Virus record (IMG/VR): IMGVR_UViG_3300007517_000005 | Span: 21,512 to 85,511 of that record | DNA from: a virus | Length of the DNA: 64,000 nucleotides | Reading direction: 5' to 3' (one strand) | Shown: in pieces, positions 1-12,800 of the stretch | How the letters are laid out: each line of letters begins with the position of its first letter | Numbering within the stretch: the stretch's first letter is position 1 | Notes under the pieces: generated by a model | The model's database searches: none | Told to the model about the DNA's origin: nothing | What the model saw: the letters and a program-made list of their open reading frames with translations, nothing else | Made by a program: the position numbers and the translations under genes

Positions 1-16
1 TGGCATAATCTATCTC

Positions 17-1303
17 CTAGTAAGGCATGAAGTTTAAGTCACCTTGTAGCGAGAGGCGATTATTGATGTCCCCTATAGATGCTACTGTCATGTGTACCAC
101 ACGGTATGGATACGTCAAGTAAGGCATACCTGCATTACCCATTTGTAGGTACATGCCAGGGGCCGCAGGTATATGCGTCTCCATATTAGTCCTAGACCAT
201 ATGCCCGGCTTACCATCTGGACTCTCACCAATACAGAACTGTGTACGACCAGGTGCTTGTGCCTCACCCGATGGACTCTTCTCACTAATGAACACTACCT
301 TGTTCTTAGGCCAGATACGCTTATTGATGCCATCTACAGGGTCAATGAACTGTGTATCTACTTCACGAATCTGCAACCCTGCAATGGCCGTAATCATACC
401 ATCAGGGCCGAATTGAATGAACTGACTGTACTGACTGGTACCACCTTGTTCAATATTCAATCCACTGCCATTCTGGTACATCATCATCTGCCCAGTAGAC
501 CATCGAGAGATGTTACTAGTTGATAACACAGACCTTAACTCTGGTGACATATACATTGCCGTCAAGTCTGACTTATGTGTCATCTTGAACCAGTGCTTGA
601 TGGCTTGGATAGTGTATACGTAATCACTGTATGGGTCAGCCCACGAGATACCTACATTCTGGGGGTTGATGGAGTTGGTGTCCTCGAATGACCTGAATAC
701 ACGGGCCTCATTCCTCCCCCCTATACCAGTAGTCACGTTATAACTGAATAGGTTATACGCAGGTATATTACTCGCTACATCTGTAAACACTCCAGTCCTA
801 GGGTCTGTATAGCGTATACCACCCAGTAACATACGTGCCCTGAACACATCCCATGTAAGGTTATGCTCCGCTACCATCGTGGCAATCATCTTCTGGATCT
901 GCTCACCAGTAGGGTATGGGTCATTACAATTCCTTACCCTGTTATTGATCTCCCCATAACATAGCGATGTACTCTGCCTAATGAATAGAGGCTGTACATA
1001 GAACATCCTCTCCCTACCATAGTTTGGGCCTACTAATACGTCGGGCTTACATGGGAGTACAATTGGGAAGATAGTGTGATTGGGCTCCATTGATTGACGC
1101 ACCACTACAGTCTGTGCTTCAATTGTCTCTACCGGGAATAGCTCCGTCAATGGAGTCACACCTAGCATGGGGATGTATGATTCCGCTAACTCTGTGAATA
1201 CACGCCCCCATTGCGCTTCTGTAGTGCCTGTCGTAACCCATGGAGAGATGTATGGTCCAAAGTTATAAGGCCCGTTAGGTTGTGTCTGTAATCCTTGTGG
1301 CAT
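17..1303 (-). CDS. Major capsid protein (HK97 fold, lambda gpE-like)
   Basis: 428 aa, directly downstream of the protease/scaffold gene; LTELFP...HNLTWDVFRARMLLGG...IWPKNKVVFI...GRTQF...GMPYL pattern resembles gpE-like capsid proteins. Confidence 0.72.
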   Translation of the reverse strand: MPQGLQTQPNGPYNFGPYISPWVTTGTTEAQWGRVFTELAESYIPMLGVTPLTELFPVETIEAQTVVVRQSMEPNHTIFPIVLPCKPDVLVGPNYGRERMFYVQPLFIRQSTSLCYGEINNRVRNCNDPYPTGEQIQKMIATMVAEHNLTWDVFRARMLLGGIRYTDPRTGVFTDVASNIPAYNLFSYNVTTGIGGRNEARVFRSFEDTNSINPQNVGISWADPYSDYVYTIQAIKHWFKMTHKSDLTAMYMSPELRSVLSTSNISRWSTGQMMMYQNGSGLNIEQGGTSQYSQFIQFGPDGMITAIAGLQIREVDTQFIDPVDGINKRIWPKNKVVFISEKSPSGEAQAPGRTQFCIGESPDGKPGIWSRTNMETHIPAAPGMYLQMGNAGMPYLTYPYRVVHMTVASIGDINNRLSLQGDLNFMPY

Positions 1304-1335
1304 GTTTCCTTTACCTTATATATTGCGTATATTAG

Positions 1336-2577
1336 TTAGATAGATGTCCTAGTAGCCTTCTGGCGATTCTCAGCAGCTACCTTCTTCAAGTAACCCTCGA
1401 CACCGCCTTCTTGCTCTGTGGGCATACCTGCTAGGCCTACCTGGTGTGTCACTACTGGTGTTTGTTGTAAGGCACCCACTAATAGGTCTCTGATACTATC
1501 CATTAACGATGTCTCTACTTCCACACCACCCTGAGATAACTTTACTACCTCACCCTTAGACTCCAATGCCTGCCTAATGGCTGCGTAACGGTTCACAATT
1601 ACAGCACTCGCACCCATACTCATTAATTGGTTGACCTCTGCCTCCTGCGCTGCACGTGACGCATGATTGCTATACATCGACGCATTGGTCTCCGCCTTAG
1701 CTAATCTGTCCCTCAACTCCACTAACTCCGCCTTAGCTAATGCACTAACCCTCTCTGTCTCTGCATCCACTACCGCCTTAGCACGAGCTTCTTCTTCTTT
1801 CACACGCTCCTGGTCAGCCTTTACCTTCGCTAAGATAGCTGTTGTGATGGCCTCTACATCCACACCAGGGTGTAAAGTAGATGCCGCTGATGCTACTGCT
1901 TGGGGGATGTTTGTACTCGGTGTAATCGCATTAATCACTGGTGCTAATTCCACAGGGATTGCCACTTGGGGAATTGCCTCTGGGATACTTGTCGCTGCAC
2001 CAGTTGTGGGTGATGCTTGCTCAGGGATAGATTGTCCTGTCATATTGATCTCTCCTTGTATATTCGTGGATAATCTCATCACACTAGTTATAACCTCCAC
2101 AGGGGCGTCACCTTGTGATAGTAACTGGACCTTCTCATCTACACCCCATGGGAGGTATGGTGTATTAGTTAAGGCCACACGACTAATCGCCATGCCCCTA
2201 CGCTCACCATTACCCTTATCTAATAGGTTCCTGATGAACTCACCAGATGAGTACTCATACCCCCCTTCTGCCACTATATTGGCTGTGCCAGGGGCCACAT
2301 TGAAGTAACCATCTAAGTTATCCCCATTTACCATCAAGTACTTCAAATCACCCCTCTTACGGGCTGAGTCTGTACTATTAGGCTCTTCATCTAAATGACC
2401 GAAGGTTAAGTGAGTCTCAAATCCCAGCGCCCTTTCATTGAAGTTCGTTATCGCATCAGTGAAGTCCTGGGCAGTGAATGCTACCGTACCGTACGTATCA
2501 TGTTTCCACGATCCTACCTTCGCGATAGGTACCTTCAGTATGTTATGGGAGTTTAACTCCCCCATTGCTTCTACCAT
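1336..2577 (-). CDS. Capsid maturation protease/scaffold (Mu gpI-like)
   Basis: VPIAKVGSW, FGH, YEYSSGEF and VALTNTPYL motifs of Mu-type prohead proteases; Ala/Glu-rich coiled-coil C-terminus. Confidence 0.78.
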   Translation of the reverse strand: MVEAMGELNSHNILKVPIAKVGSWKHDTYGTVAFTAQDFTDAITNFNERALGFETHLTFGHLDEEPNSTDSARKRGDLKYLMVNGDNLDGYFNVAPGTANIVAEGGYEYSSGEFIRNLLDKGNGERRGMAISRVALTNTPYLPWGVDEKVQLLSQGDAPVEVITSVMRLSTNIQGEINMTGQSIPEQASPTTGAATSIPEAIPQVAIPVELAPVINAITPSTNIPQAVASAASTLHPGVDVEAITTAILAKVKADQERVKEEEARAKAVVDAETERVSALAKAELVELRDRLAKAETNASMYSNHASRAAQEAEVNQLMSMGASAVIVNRYAAIRQALESKGEVVKLSQGGVEVETSLMDSIRDLLVGALQQTPVVTHQVGLAGMPTEQEGGVEGYLKKVAAENRQKATRTSI

Positions 2578-2748
2578 TGTACTCTCCGTACATTACACTC
2601 CCCTAGGGTCGCAGCCATGCGGCACTCCTTTGCACGGCACTACATTAGAGTATCACGTGCCCTCTATTTATCTCTCTTACCACACGCTAAATGCTCTATG
2701 TATGTATAATGTGTGGATTGTGCACATATTTATAACTATCAAACAAAC

Positions 2749-3138
2749 ATGAGACAATTACATTGGTACGCTGTCCAATACCACATACTGCAGAAGGCTA
2801 TGGCTGGTGTAGTAATAGATGTCCTTGTAGAGCATGCCCCCACCATTGCCTACCGCAAAGCTAAGGGTAAACAACAAATCATCTCACTACCACCAGATGA
2901 TGATATATACCTCTACGTATACAGCAGCATGATAATGGAAGGGTACATCTTAGTGCCCTCCCCAGATAATACAGTACATCTATGCAGTGGTGGTTCTGCT
3001 ATATATAATGTCACTGACTCTACCTGCACGTGTCCCGCCTATACCTATAAGGGGATGGCCTGTAAACATATGCAGATGCTTAAAGGTTATTCAGTTTATA
3101 GGCTTAGAGCTATGGCATTACGTTCTAAAGCTATGTAA
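2749..3138 (+). CDS. SWIM zinc-finger protein
   Basis: YNV...CTCPAYTYKGMACKH (CxC-x8-CxH); ATG at 2749 preferred, with TATAAT at 2705-2710 upstream. Confidence 0.7.
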   Translation: MRQLHWYAVQYHILQKAMAGVVIDVLVEHAPTIAYRKAKGKQQIISLPPDDDIYLYVYSSMIMEGYILVPSPDNTVHLCSGGSAIYNVTDSTCTCPAYTYKGMACKHMQMLKGYSVYRLRAMALRSKAM

Positions 3139-4237
3139 TGCCCCTATATAATCTACAATCATACACAGAACTATTTAGTACCCTGACCTCTATACAGTTT
3201 AATCCAGGCACTACACCCTTACTCATACCCTGTGGGAACTTGTACTCTGGCGAGTAACTGATATCTACACCTAAGCCAGCCTGTAAGTATAAGTAGAATA
3301 TCATACCAGGGTCTGCACCAGTAATAGTCCCTAACTCACCATCACTCTGGTACGTGTGTAGCTGCATCGTACCATCGAAGGCTATAGGATACCATACTGC
3401 TGTAGCCCCCGTATTCTTTACTTCATAGTCTACTAATTGTACCGATAACTTACTACTCAATGTTAAAGAGGTACCACTTACAGGGCCCGTGAATGTAGCA
3501 CCACTTAATGCAGCTAAGCCCGGCGCTTCTAATAGTACTGTATCCCCTGTCGTCGATAACCTTAATGTGGGGCCGGTGGTAATAGTTCTATACTGCAGGA
3601 TCGTGCCTACCTTCCCATTATATATACCTACACCTACCCCTACATTCACACCACTATTACTCTCTCCAGGGGGTGTACTAGTAATGCCCATCACCCTTCC
3701 TTTCGTATCAATGGATAGTGTAGGGTTTGTATACGTACCCGCTAACACTCCTGTGGGCTTTAGTAATGGGTTAGGGTATCCTCCTATTAAATCTCCACCA
3801 GCTAACCCTGAAGGGGGCATAGATGTTGGATAATCAGGTATAGATATACCAGGGGTGTGAGTGTGTGAGTCTGGTATTACTGATGGGGAAGGGTACTGCC
3901 CCGATAGATCACCACCTGCTGTACCACGTGGGGGTGCACTATCCCCTTCCATAGAGAACCTCACCCACGTTGGTGCTGTGTCTAGTAATACGAACACCTC
4001 GTCTGTGTCTACTTGTCTACACAATTTACCTACATCTGTATTGGTAGAGGTCACCGCCAATCTAGCTAACTTATTAGGGAACACCCACGCAAATGGGGCA
4101 TGTACTTCCTTCGGTGGTAAATCCCTATGATTTAATACATCAACACCCTGCGGTAATTCATTAGTAGGGATAGATACCTGTACATCCCTTACCTCACCCG
4201 TAGGTAATGTTACCTTAATAGTTCCTTCTATGATCAT
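3131..4237 (-). CDS. Virion structural / fibre-like protein
   Basis: Repeated AGGDLxGxYPxP and GTYTNPTLSIDTKGRV motifs typical of fibre proteins; follows the portal gene. Confidence 0.5.
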   Translation of the reverse strand: MIIEGTIKVTLPTGEVRDVQVSIPTNELPQGVDVLNHRDLPPKEVHAPFAWVFPNKLARLAVTSTNTDVGKLCRQVDTDEVFVLLDTAPTWVRFSMEGDSAPPRGTAGGDLSGQYPSPSVIPDSHTHTPGISIPDYPTSMPPSGLAGGDLIGGYPNPLLKPTGVLAGTYTNPTLSIDTKGRVMGITSTPPGESNSGVNVGVGVGIYNGKVGTILQYRTITTGPTLRLSTTGDTVLLEAPGLAALSGATFTGPVSGTSLTLSSKLSVQLVDYEVKNTGATAVWYPIAFDGTMQLHTYQSDGELGTITGADPGMIFYLYLQAGLGVDISYSPEYKFPQGMSKGVVPGLNCIEVRVLNSSVYDCRLYRGIT

Positions 4238-4285
4238 TTGATAGCCCTCTTAATAGACTGTGTTTGACTTAGGTTTAGATCTCTT

Positions 4286-5716
4286 TTATGAGCCTATACT
4301 AGGCTTTGTACTATCTACAGTCGGTACCGCTGCTGCTTGTTTACTACGCTTCTTACTCCTGGGGAATGAGAGTAGGTCACGTACATGATTATTATCTATA
4401 TCATCTGAAGAGTCTATGTACCCTTTATCGGTCATCATGGCTATTGCATCTACTAATACCTTAGTCTCACTCCACCTTATTGGTAACTGCGGTAAGTCCC
4501 CGTAATCGTACGCTGCAGGAACAACCCTAGGATCGAAGTTGTACTGTATTAACTGCGCTACTACTGATGATAGGAAGTCCTGCGTAACCCTCTGATATAT
4601 GCTCGTTATGAAGTGGTGGTACATCTCCACCTGCCTCTCCGATGACTGCCCTGAACCTAACCCACTATTAGTATCTCTCATTATTAAGTTGGGTATGTTC
4701 AATCCCGTCATCATCTGCAGGTCGCACATATTGATGGCATCCGTAAAGGCAGATGCAAAGTTACTACCGGTAGTCAATGCCTCTAACTTCACGGGCTGGT
4801 CTACACTTAACTGTGTCAACACTAACCCCACTTCACTCCTCATCTCCGATAGTTCCCTCGCTACTACCTCATGGTAGAACATAGGCCTATCCTCTGTAGG
4901 GTGCTGCTCATCTGATTGCTGTATTGGTACTATCGCATATACTATCGGGGTGCCATACCTATCCAATGCCACCATCATTAGATCTAATATAGACCTCTTG
5001 AATAAGTGGTACTCAAATACTGCTGTCAACATGGACTCACCCTCTGGGTTATTGCCCATCCCCTCGTGCACTGTGTGGCAGAACTTGCCCTTATTTAATC
5101 TAACCCATCCCCCTACTGTAGATGTATCCATGGGCTTGGGTACCCATATACCTGTCTGATTGAAGTCCATACCTACTGATGTAGTATTAGGTACTTTCTC
5201 CCCATGCGTTAACATACCATTAGCATTTACTACATACCTGACTTCTGTCGGGTGGTACGTTACTACATCAGTTAACCAAGTCTGTGCCTCAGATCTAGGT
5301 CCTATTTTACCACACCATATGGCTTCCCCTAACCCATCCCCCGCCCATAGACTTTGATACGTTAGATCCTTCAACCACTTCTTCACACCCCCCTTTAAAT
5401 TAGCTGCTACAAACTCCTCAATCATAGGGTGTGAGTGTGCGAAGGGGCCCGCCATTGCCGCTACAGAAGAAGCAATCATATTCAATGCCTCTTTAAAGAC
5501 TGGCTCATTGATCCTAGCGTAATCGTATGCCGCTAATAAACCAGGGTCTCTGCGCCTCCTCGTCTGGAATGTCTCCCCTGTAGATATTAAAGGGGTCGCG
5601 CGCCCCAACATACCCATCTTTCTTGGTTGTCTCCTTATTAGAGCACTAGTCCCCACGGGGGGTAATGTACTCAACCCTGATTCCTTACCGCCCGTCGGGT
5701 GCTGATCCATTATCAC
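4286..5716 (-). CDS. Portal protein (DUF935 / Mu gp29-like)
   Basis: NNPEGESML...FKRSILDLMMVALDRYGTPIVYA...GLGSG...LIQYNF pattern; 476 aa. Confidence 0.8.
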   Translation of the reverse strand: MIMDQHPTGGKESGLSTLPPVGTSALIRRQPRKMGMLGRATPLISTGETFQTRRRRDPGLLAAYDYARINEPVFKEALNMIASSVAAMAGPFAHSHPMIEEFVAANLKGGVKKWLKDLTYQSLWAGDGLGEAIWCGKIGPRSEAQTWLTDVVTYHPTEVRYVVNANGMLTHGEKVPNTTSVGMDFNQTGIWVPKPMDTSTVGGWVRLNKGKFCHTVHEGMGNNPEGESMLTAVFEYHLFKRSILDLMMVALDRYGTPIVYAIVPIQQSDEQHPTEDRPMFYHEVVARELSEMRSEVGLVLTQLSVDQPVKLEALTTGSNFASAFTDAINMCDLQMMTGLNIPNLIMRDTNSGLGSGQSSERQVEMYHHFITSIYQRVTQDFLSSVVAQLIQYNFDPRVVPAAYDYGDLPQLPIRWSETKVLVDAIAMMTDKGYIDSSDDIDNNHVRDLLSFPRSKKRSKQAAAVPTVDSTKPSIGS

Positions 5717-5795
5717 TCCATATAAACGCCCCCTGTAAAGGCTAGGTTCGCTATGCTACCCCCCAAGGGTCGTAGCCATACGGCACTCAGCCCTG

Positions 5796-6332
5796 CTACA
5801 TCTTTGGTAATGCTATGTCGTGGAATAGACTCCTCTGTGGTGTCCTATCTTCCATAGCTTGCTTGATCTCATTAGTCTTCTCCTGCGTCTTCTTCTCACG
5901 CTCGGAGATAAACCCATTCACGGCCTTGACTACCGCCTTTCTATCGAAGAACCCTAACTCTAACCAACTTTTACCTAGTGGCAGTGATGTCGCATTGGCT
6001 ATCGCTACCCAGTTATCTAACTCTAATCTCTTAACCGTATCCTCTACGGTGTAGATTATGTGAGCCTCCCATATATTGGGGATCTCTGGGTCGTACTCTG
6101 CTACTAGATTACAAAACCTACGCGGTATGAGTCTACTACGGGAAGCATACCCTGCCTGCGGATCCTTTAAGTGTAATGGTAATGCTACACGGCCCTCACT
6201 ATAACCTAGTGGGGCCGCTGCCCTTGCATACCATGCCGTAGCATCTCTTAAGGTGTGCCACCAGGGGCCTTCGCAGGAGACCTTCTCCCACCAGATGCTG
6301 GGGGAGTGGCCATCGATGCCATGAGCTTTTTT
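5796..6332 (-). CDS. -1 frameshift extension of the tail chaperone (gpGT-like)
   Basis: The -1 frame after A AAA AAG (+ strand CTTTTTT, 6326-6332) stays open about 178 codons to TAG at 5796 and has no early start codon of its own; absent from the ORF track. Confidence 0.7.
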   Translation of the reverse strand, partial: KKAHGIDGHSPSIWWEKVSCEGPWWHTLRDATAWYARAAAPLGYSEGRVALPLHLKDPQAGYASRSRLIPRRFCNLVAEYDPEIPNIWEAHIIYTVEDTVKRLELDNWVAIANATSLPLGKSWLELGFFDRKAVVKAVNGFISEREKKTQEKTNEIKQAMEDRTPQRSLFHDIALPKM

Positions 6333-6679
6333 GCCTGCTCTTGCGCCTGCGCCCTTAACTTATCGTCAATGAATGCAATCGTCATGAATAACTCAAGGAA
6401 GTACTGTACCTCCTTCGGGTCCCACTCCATAAACAATTGGATTGGGTCTCTCCCAAACTCTACTTGCTGACCCATCTCATCTACTACACGCTGCCCATCT
6501 ACTTCTACAATAGATGCCGCTGCCATTAACTCCTCTAATGTATAACCCTGCTCCCTTGGATTATTACCCGCATACGATTGATACTGCTTTGCCAGATACA
6601 CACGATCCTCGAATGTGAACTGCCGTACCTTGACCTCACGGCCCGATGGTAATACTACTGGGTATAATACTGAATCCAT
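6248..6679 (-). CDS. Tail assembly chaperone (gpG-like)
   Basis: 143 aa, VVLPSGREVKVRQFT start; in-frame slippery heptamer A AAA AAG near the 3' end. Confidence 0.68.
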   Translation of the reverse strand: MDSVLYPVVLPSGREVKVRQFTFEDRVYLAKQYQSYAGNNPREQGYTLEELMAAASIVEVDGQRVVDEMGQQVEFGRDPIQLFMEWDPKEVQYFLELFMTIAFIDDKLRAQAQEQAKKLMASMATPPASGGRRSPAKAPGGTP

Positions 6680-6828
6680 TTTGCTCTTACCTACTATTGG
6701 TTATTACTTACTACATCTATTCCTATACGCCGATATGTTACACATAGTGGGCATTTATAAGATGAGTACACGCACGGTGTGTGCCCCCTCTGATGTAAGT
6801 CGCTACGCTCCAGGTGTGCGATACTACC

Positions 6829-9800
6829 TTATCCTACCACGTTTACTTCCCAATCATCCCCTTCTGAGTAATCACTCTCACCACTTGGGTATGCACTGAA
6901 GTCCGTAGTGGGATTATCCATCACATACGATACCTCTATAGCCGCTCTCATAGGGTCTCCATCATCATCCATTACCGTACCCTCACCCACTTGCGCTAAT
7001 CTCTCCCCTATCATATCCTGCCTCTTTGATTCTGTTTCTGACATACTCCTCACGAAGCTCTCTACAATGCCTAGTGATGGTATTAAGTTAGTGCCATGCA
7101 CTGCTACCTCCCCCCCTATTACGGATGTGAGCATCCCTAGTACAGATGATAGTACTGCACCTCCTAATGTATTGGAGGCCGCCTTCCACCCCTTGTACCT
7201 ATCTACATCCATAGGTCTATCTACACGTAAGGGGCTAAACTTAGATAGTATCCTCTCCGCACCACCCATAATGGCAGGGGCTATTACCGCTGCACCCATA
7301 AAGAACCCTACCTCTCTACCAACCCATCTCCTTACCCACTCCCCCTCATCCTGTGAACCCTTAGACTCCGCATGTGCCATCCTCGCTCTAAATGATTGCC
7401 CTAGTACTGACGCCACACCTGGTCTACCCATTTGCGAGTACCCTAACATCGATACCGTCCCACCCACTACCTGCCCTATTGTATTCTCGTTGATAGAGCC
7501 GGTCGCCATTAGTGAACCTAAGAGTGTGAGCCCTGCACCCAATACCATGTCATTCATGTCGTGCATCCTACCTACGGCATCGTGCATCTCCTGACTATGC
7601 CTTGCATGACTAGCCGCCTGAGCTCCTGGATTCATGCCCGTTAGTACTGCCCTAGGGGGATTTGATGTTACTGCCTGTGCCCTCAAGGCAGCACTAATTA
7701 TAGGCGTAGACGCATCGCCCATCTCTCTACCCCGTATCTCTCTGGTCTCCGCCTGGTGCAGTGGATCTCTTGCCTCTACTATGGCCTCTTGTGACGCCTG
7801 CTGCGCTGTCATACCCTTGGATACCTTCTGCTCGGATAGTCTCCGGATGGTCGCTGATAATACTTCAGCTTCTGGTAATGATGCCCCTAACGCACTACTG
7901 ATTGTGCCAGCCCATGATTGATCTGAGTGCATGGTCTGACTATTGAACGCATCCCCTATATTATCTAGTAATCGTCTCCTCTGTCCTGTTGATGTAGCCT
8001 CTAATGCTACATCCAAGAACCCCATGGGGGAGCTATGCTCACCTATCACCTCCCCCGCGCTATTCCTTACATTGAACTTCCTATAACTCTCCCCCTCCCC
8101 TAATGGGTCATCATGGTACCCTACACGTATACCCCCATCCTTCTTATTGATGACCCTTACGCCTACACCACTCACACTATTCAACTCAAGGAAGCTCCTA
8201 CCACCTTGAGTCTGACCTAGTACCTGCTCCATACCTGTACTATCGCCCATGAAGTCCTTCATCACGGTCATGTAATGTGAGGCAGCCTCTGGGTCTATGC
8301 CATTCATACTACTATTCATTAGGGCTATCGTTATATCTGTATCCGCTAACTCCGTTGATATGCCTGACATTGTCTGAGACCTACCGCCCCCTAACTTCCC
8401 TGCCTTCTTCCTCAATGTCTCTAATGTGACGAACTGATTCAATCCCTCCCCTACACTACCGAAGATAGGGTCTGTCTGTTTCCTCCCTTCATCTACTAAC
8501 GCCAGCATTAAGGCCTTGTTCTTGCTCGAAGCTTCATCCCACCACTCATTCGCATCCTTTGATAGGGCCGCCCCTATGTCAGCCTTCAATGAGGGGTCGG
8601 ATATGAACTTCCTATCCATAGCCTCATCCCGATCCACATCCTCCCCAACCCCTAAGAAGCCACGTATGCCACTCCATATTGTATCTAGGAATGGTTGATT
8701 GTCTTTTGACCCTAGTTCGTAGCGGAAGGCAGTAATCGTAGCTCTCATGTCCCTCGCTACTTTGTACCTGACTACATCCCCAATAGTCCCATCTGATACA
8801 TCCACACCCCTATCGCGCATCTCACTACTCAAGCGCGTCATCTCCTCATTAGATGAGATCTTGTACTCCTTACTCAAAAATGCTATAGAACTATCATCTA
8901 TGCCTGTCAGGGGCTTACCATATACATTATTACTTGATGTCTCTATCAGGGTACTTAACTGCATGTATGACCGTAATCCAGGGCCAGGGCCTAACTTACC
9001 CGCCATCTCACTCAAGACTGCCCTCGCACTCGCATCATCCCCCTGGTCAATGTACTTCTGGTACTCCCCATGTGTCTTCTGTAAATCACCTAATACATCC
9101 GTGTCCCCCTTGAATTTGATACTATCCCTTAGTAGCTGCTGTGCACTCTTCATGAATGCCTGCAATGACTCCGCTCTCTTCGCCTCTATATGTACCTGAT
9201 TGAATGTCCCCTCTACATCATCTGCCATAGTGGTACCAGCATAGTACTCCTTCATACTATCCATCACGGTACTGCCACCCTCACCGCCTAGTACATGCGA
9301 TAGAGCTATTAAGGGACTATCGCGGAATAAGGTACCCACTAGGGCATTGTATGACTTACCTAATATGTCACCGCCCGCTACCCCTAATGTCTTCGTTAAC
9401 ATGTCATATACTGTGGGGCTCATTGATGCACCACTACCCATACCCATATACTTACTGTAATTGGATACTGCTACCTCTGATGATGATAGTTGGGCCGCAC
9501 CCTCCATTAGGCTACTACTTACATCCTGCTCAGGCTTAGCTAAGATAGACTCCATCATCTTAGTTATTACGTCTGCTCTCAATGATGGGTTGTTTGTTAA
9601 TAGCTCCCTGAAGTGATTATCAGACACATCCTTCAACATCACTGACGTATCTATATTGGAGGTAGATAATGCCTCACTTATTGATGCACCCTGCTTGAGT
9701 GATGATAATGCACTTCTGAAGTCCTCTGTTGCATGTATAGACTCCATCGTCGCATGTAACGCCATGATGTTATTATCGTGCGCTACCCCTTGTACCCCAC

Positions 9801-12800
9801 CGAATAATCCCCTCGATTGCTGTAAGTACGTAGGCAGTACCTCCATTGATATGGGCTTCTCCTGGTACTCACTCATGAATGCTTGCGATACCCCTAAGTA
9901 AGATGACACCTCCTTCCTCAGTAAAGGGTCATATGTCTGCGCTAATGTATCCCTCACCGAGGACATCTCCGCATCTATAGCTTTGATCCTCATGCCTATC
10001 TCCTCATTAGCTATGCGGTACTCATCACTCGCTAACCAATACTCATCTAAGTACTCACCCCCATTACTACTCGCCTGCTTCCTCAGCATCCCCTGCCTTA
10101 ATGTATTACTCTTCACCCTATCCGTTAGCCTCTGCCTATCATTCATGGCAGTCCCTATCTTGGAGAAGATTACCGTGAAGTTATCACCATCATAATCTAG
10201 TAACCCCAGTGCATGACCTGACATCACGGGCATTAACCCCAGGCTCTTATTGCGTCTCTCATCTAACTGTGACATCCCCTGACTCTCTAAATACACATTC
10301 AAGTTCTTCACTAACCCCACGGCTGTAAATTGCTGTCTCTGTAACTCCGTAGAACCGAATGGGGCTGACCTGAAGACTGTTGCCTGCAATACATCAGATG
10401 TATTTAGAGATACCTGTAATGACTCCATACGCGCTAAGGGGGCCTCAATAGATGTCCACTCACCCCTACCCTTATGTAATGTATCTAAGGCGCTACTTAA
10501 CTCCCTTAACTCTGTGCGGCTTGTCTCTATTAACTCCTTCTGGGAAGTGTCGTAACCATATGCACTATCTACTCTCTCAAGTGATACCAATAGTTCATCT
10601 ATAGATACCTTAGATCTATCCACAGAGTCCGCTAATAACTCCCTACTCTCACCCATCCCTAATCCCTGGAATAGACTCCTATCTATCCTATACGTCTCTA
10701 TACGCCCTCGTACACTACCCTGCCACTGCCCCATACTATCTGCATTGATAGCCCTCCCTAACTGTTCTATGAGGTTCTTATTAGGGACTACCTTCTCACC
10801 CGCTGCCATTGCCTGCTCACGGTTAGCGTACTCCTCACCACCTACCATGAATGATGACATCGTCTCCGTACGTGAGAACAACCCCTCCCACTCCTTCGTG
10901 GCGTTCTCTCTTCTTCTAGGGTCTGCTGCTATCTGCTGTCTCTCTACTATCTCTCTTAACCTCCCTGTCGGGAGTGCTAACGACCTTGTTACCTTATCCC
11001 TCTGCTTACCCGTCCACGATGACTCTACTGTCTCGTACTTCCTATAATAATTACCATCCCCTGACTCTGATACACGTAATTGACTATCGCCCCCTACACT
11101 GTATCTCTTGAACCAAGTACCGCCCTCTTCGTTATAACTACTGCTAGTGTTGAATGCTGTATCGAACTGCCTGCGTTGGTACTCAAGCTGCGATGTAACA
11201 TTACCCTCCGCCTCCCTTAACCTAGTCAGTGTTCCCTTCTTTAATGTTATATCCCCGTACGTGCCAGTAAAGGCCACACTCTGCTCTAGAACGCGCGATA
11301 ACCTCCCTAATGGTGGTAACTCATTAGCTGTTGTCTCTATTAATAAGGATGGTGTAATAGACGTATATGGGTCTATACGGTATGGCTTATCTTTACTAGA
11401 TACGTACTGGTCATCTAACGCTAACCTAGCACGCCTCTCACTACCCTCGTATACCTTCTTACTCCTTAACCATGACTCTAATGCTGGGGGGTTTACTGTC
11501 CTCTCGTAACTGTTCTCCCATACACCACTCGCACTACGCAAGACCTGCTCCCCTAGCTCTACTGCAAAGTAATTACCCTCATTACCCTCTCGTGCACCTA
11601 CTATATCTCTATAACTCCTCACACCTGGTAAGTTCGGGATATCTTCTGTACCCACACGGGAACGGGTATAATCCTTTATCTCCTGCGTTATACGGTCTGC
11701 TTGTACCTGGCTCACACCTATACCAGACCTTGTCTCCATTAGGGTAGATACATGGTTAGCATCTTGTATAGTCCATAACCGGGCCGCTATATATTCCTTC
11801 TGTAGTAAAGGGTTCCTTGTTATGTACTCTACATCCCCTTGCACTGTACGCAATAACATTGAGCCCTTCTCCCCCATACCACCCATTAAGGCATCCCTCT
11901 CCGCTTTCAACAATCGCATGCTATCCCTTGATGCAGGATCGGATAAGGAGCGTGTTACCTCCTCTAATCTCTGACGGCGTAGAGAATCACGTACATCCCC
12001 TGCACCACGCATACCTTCCTCGGGGGCTAAAAACATCCCCTGTGGTAATCCGAATGTGGCGGCGAATGTACCCACAAACCCACGTAATCTCGCCTCCATC
12101 TTCAAGCGTGTACCCGTTGATGCCTCCGCTATCCTCTCCACAATCCCATACGCGGTCACATAATAGTTCTGTAGTGCTTTCACCTCATCTGCTGTGAACT
12201 CTACAGACCCCGCCCCTGTTGCCTTTACCTTCGATAAGGTAGAGAATATATTACCTATTGCAGTTCCTGGACTGAATGCAGATGCTAGTGTTAGTGTACT
12301 CCTCACTAATTCATCTGTATACGATCCATACTGGATACCATATGTTCTTAAGTCCTCTGCACTGGGTAGGTAGAAACTAGTACCTGGTGATACATCGTCG
12401 AACCTCGCAATGATGCGCCCTGACTCCGATGGCATACTATCGAATACCACCGCTGGTAAATGATATATACCTCTCTCATGCGACATCTCTCTGGCTATAG
12501 CTTCTGCCTCCCCCACACCAAATGCCTTAGTCGCTAGTAACTCATATCTCCTACCCACATCCTGTATGGCTGATAGGGATGTACTATACTCACCCCTCCA
12601 CATAGAACCTAACAATGATTGCGTGTGTATACTACTGGGATTACTAGCCTCGAATAATAATGTACTCAACTCACTCCCTAATGTGCGTACATCCCCCACA
12701 CCACTTGCTAGGGCAGTCACTCTCTCTTCAATAGCTATCTGTACCGCCCCACCATAATCTTTATATGACTTCTTCAGGGCCGTTATATCCTCCATCCCTG

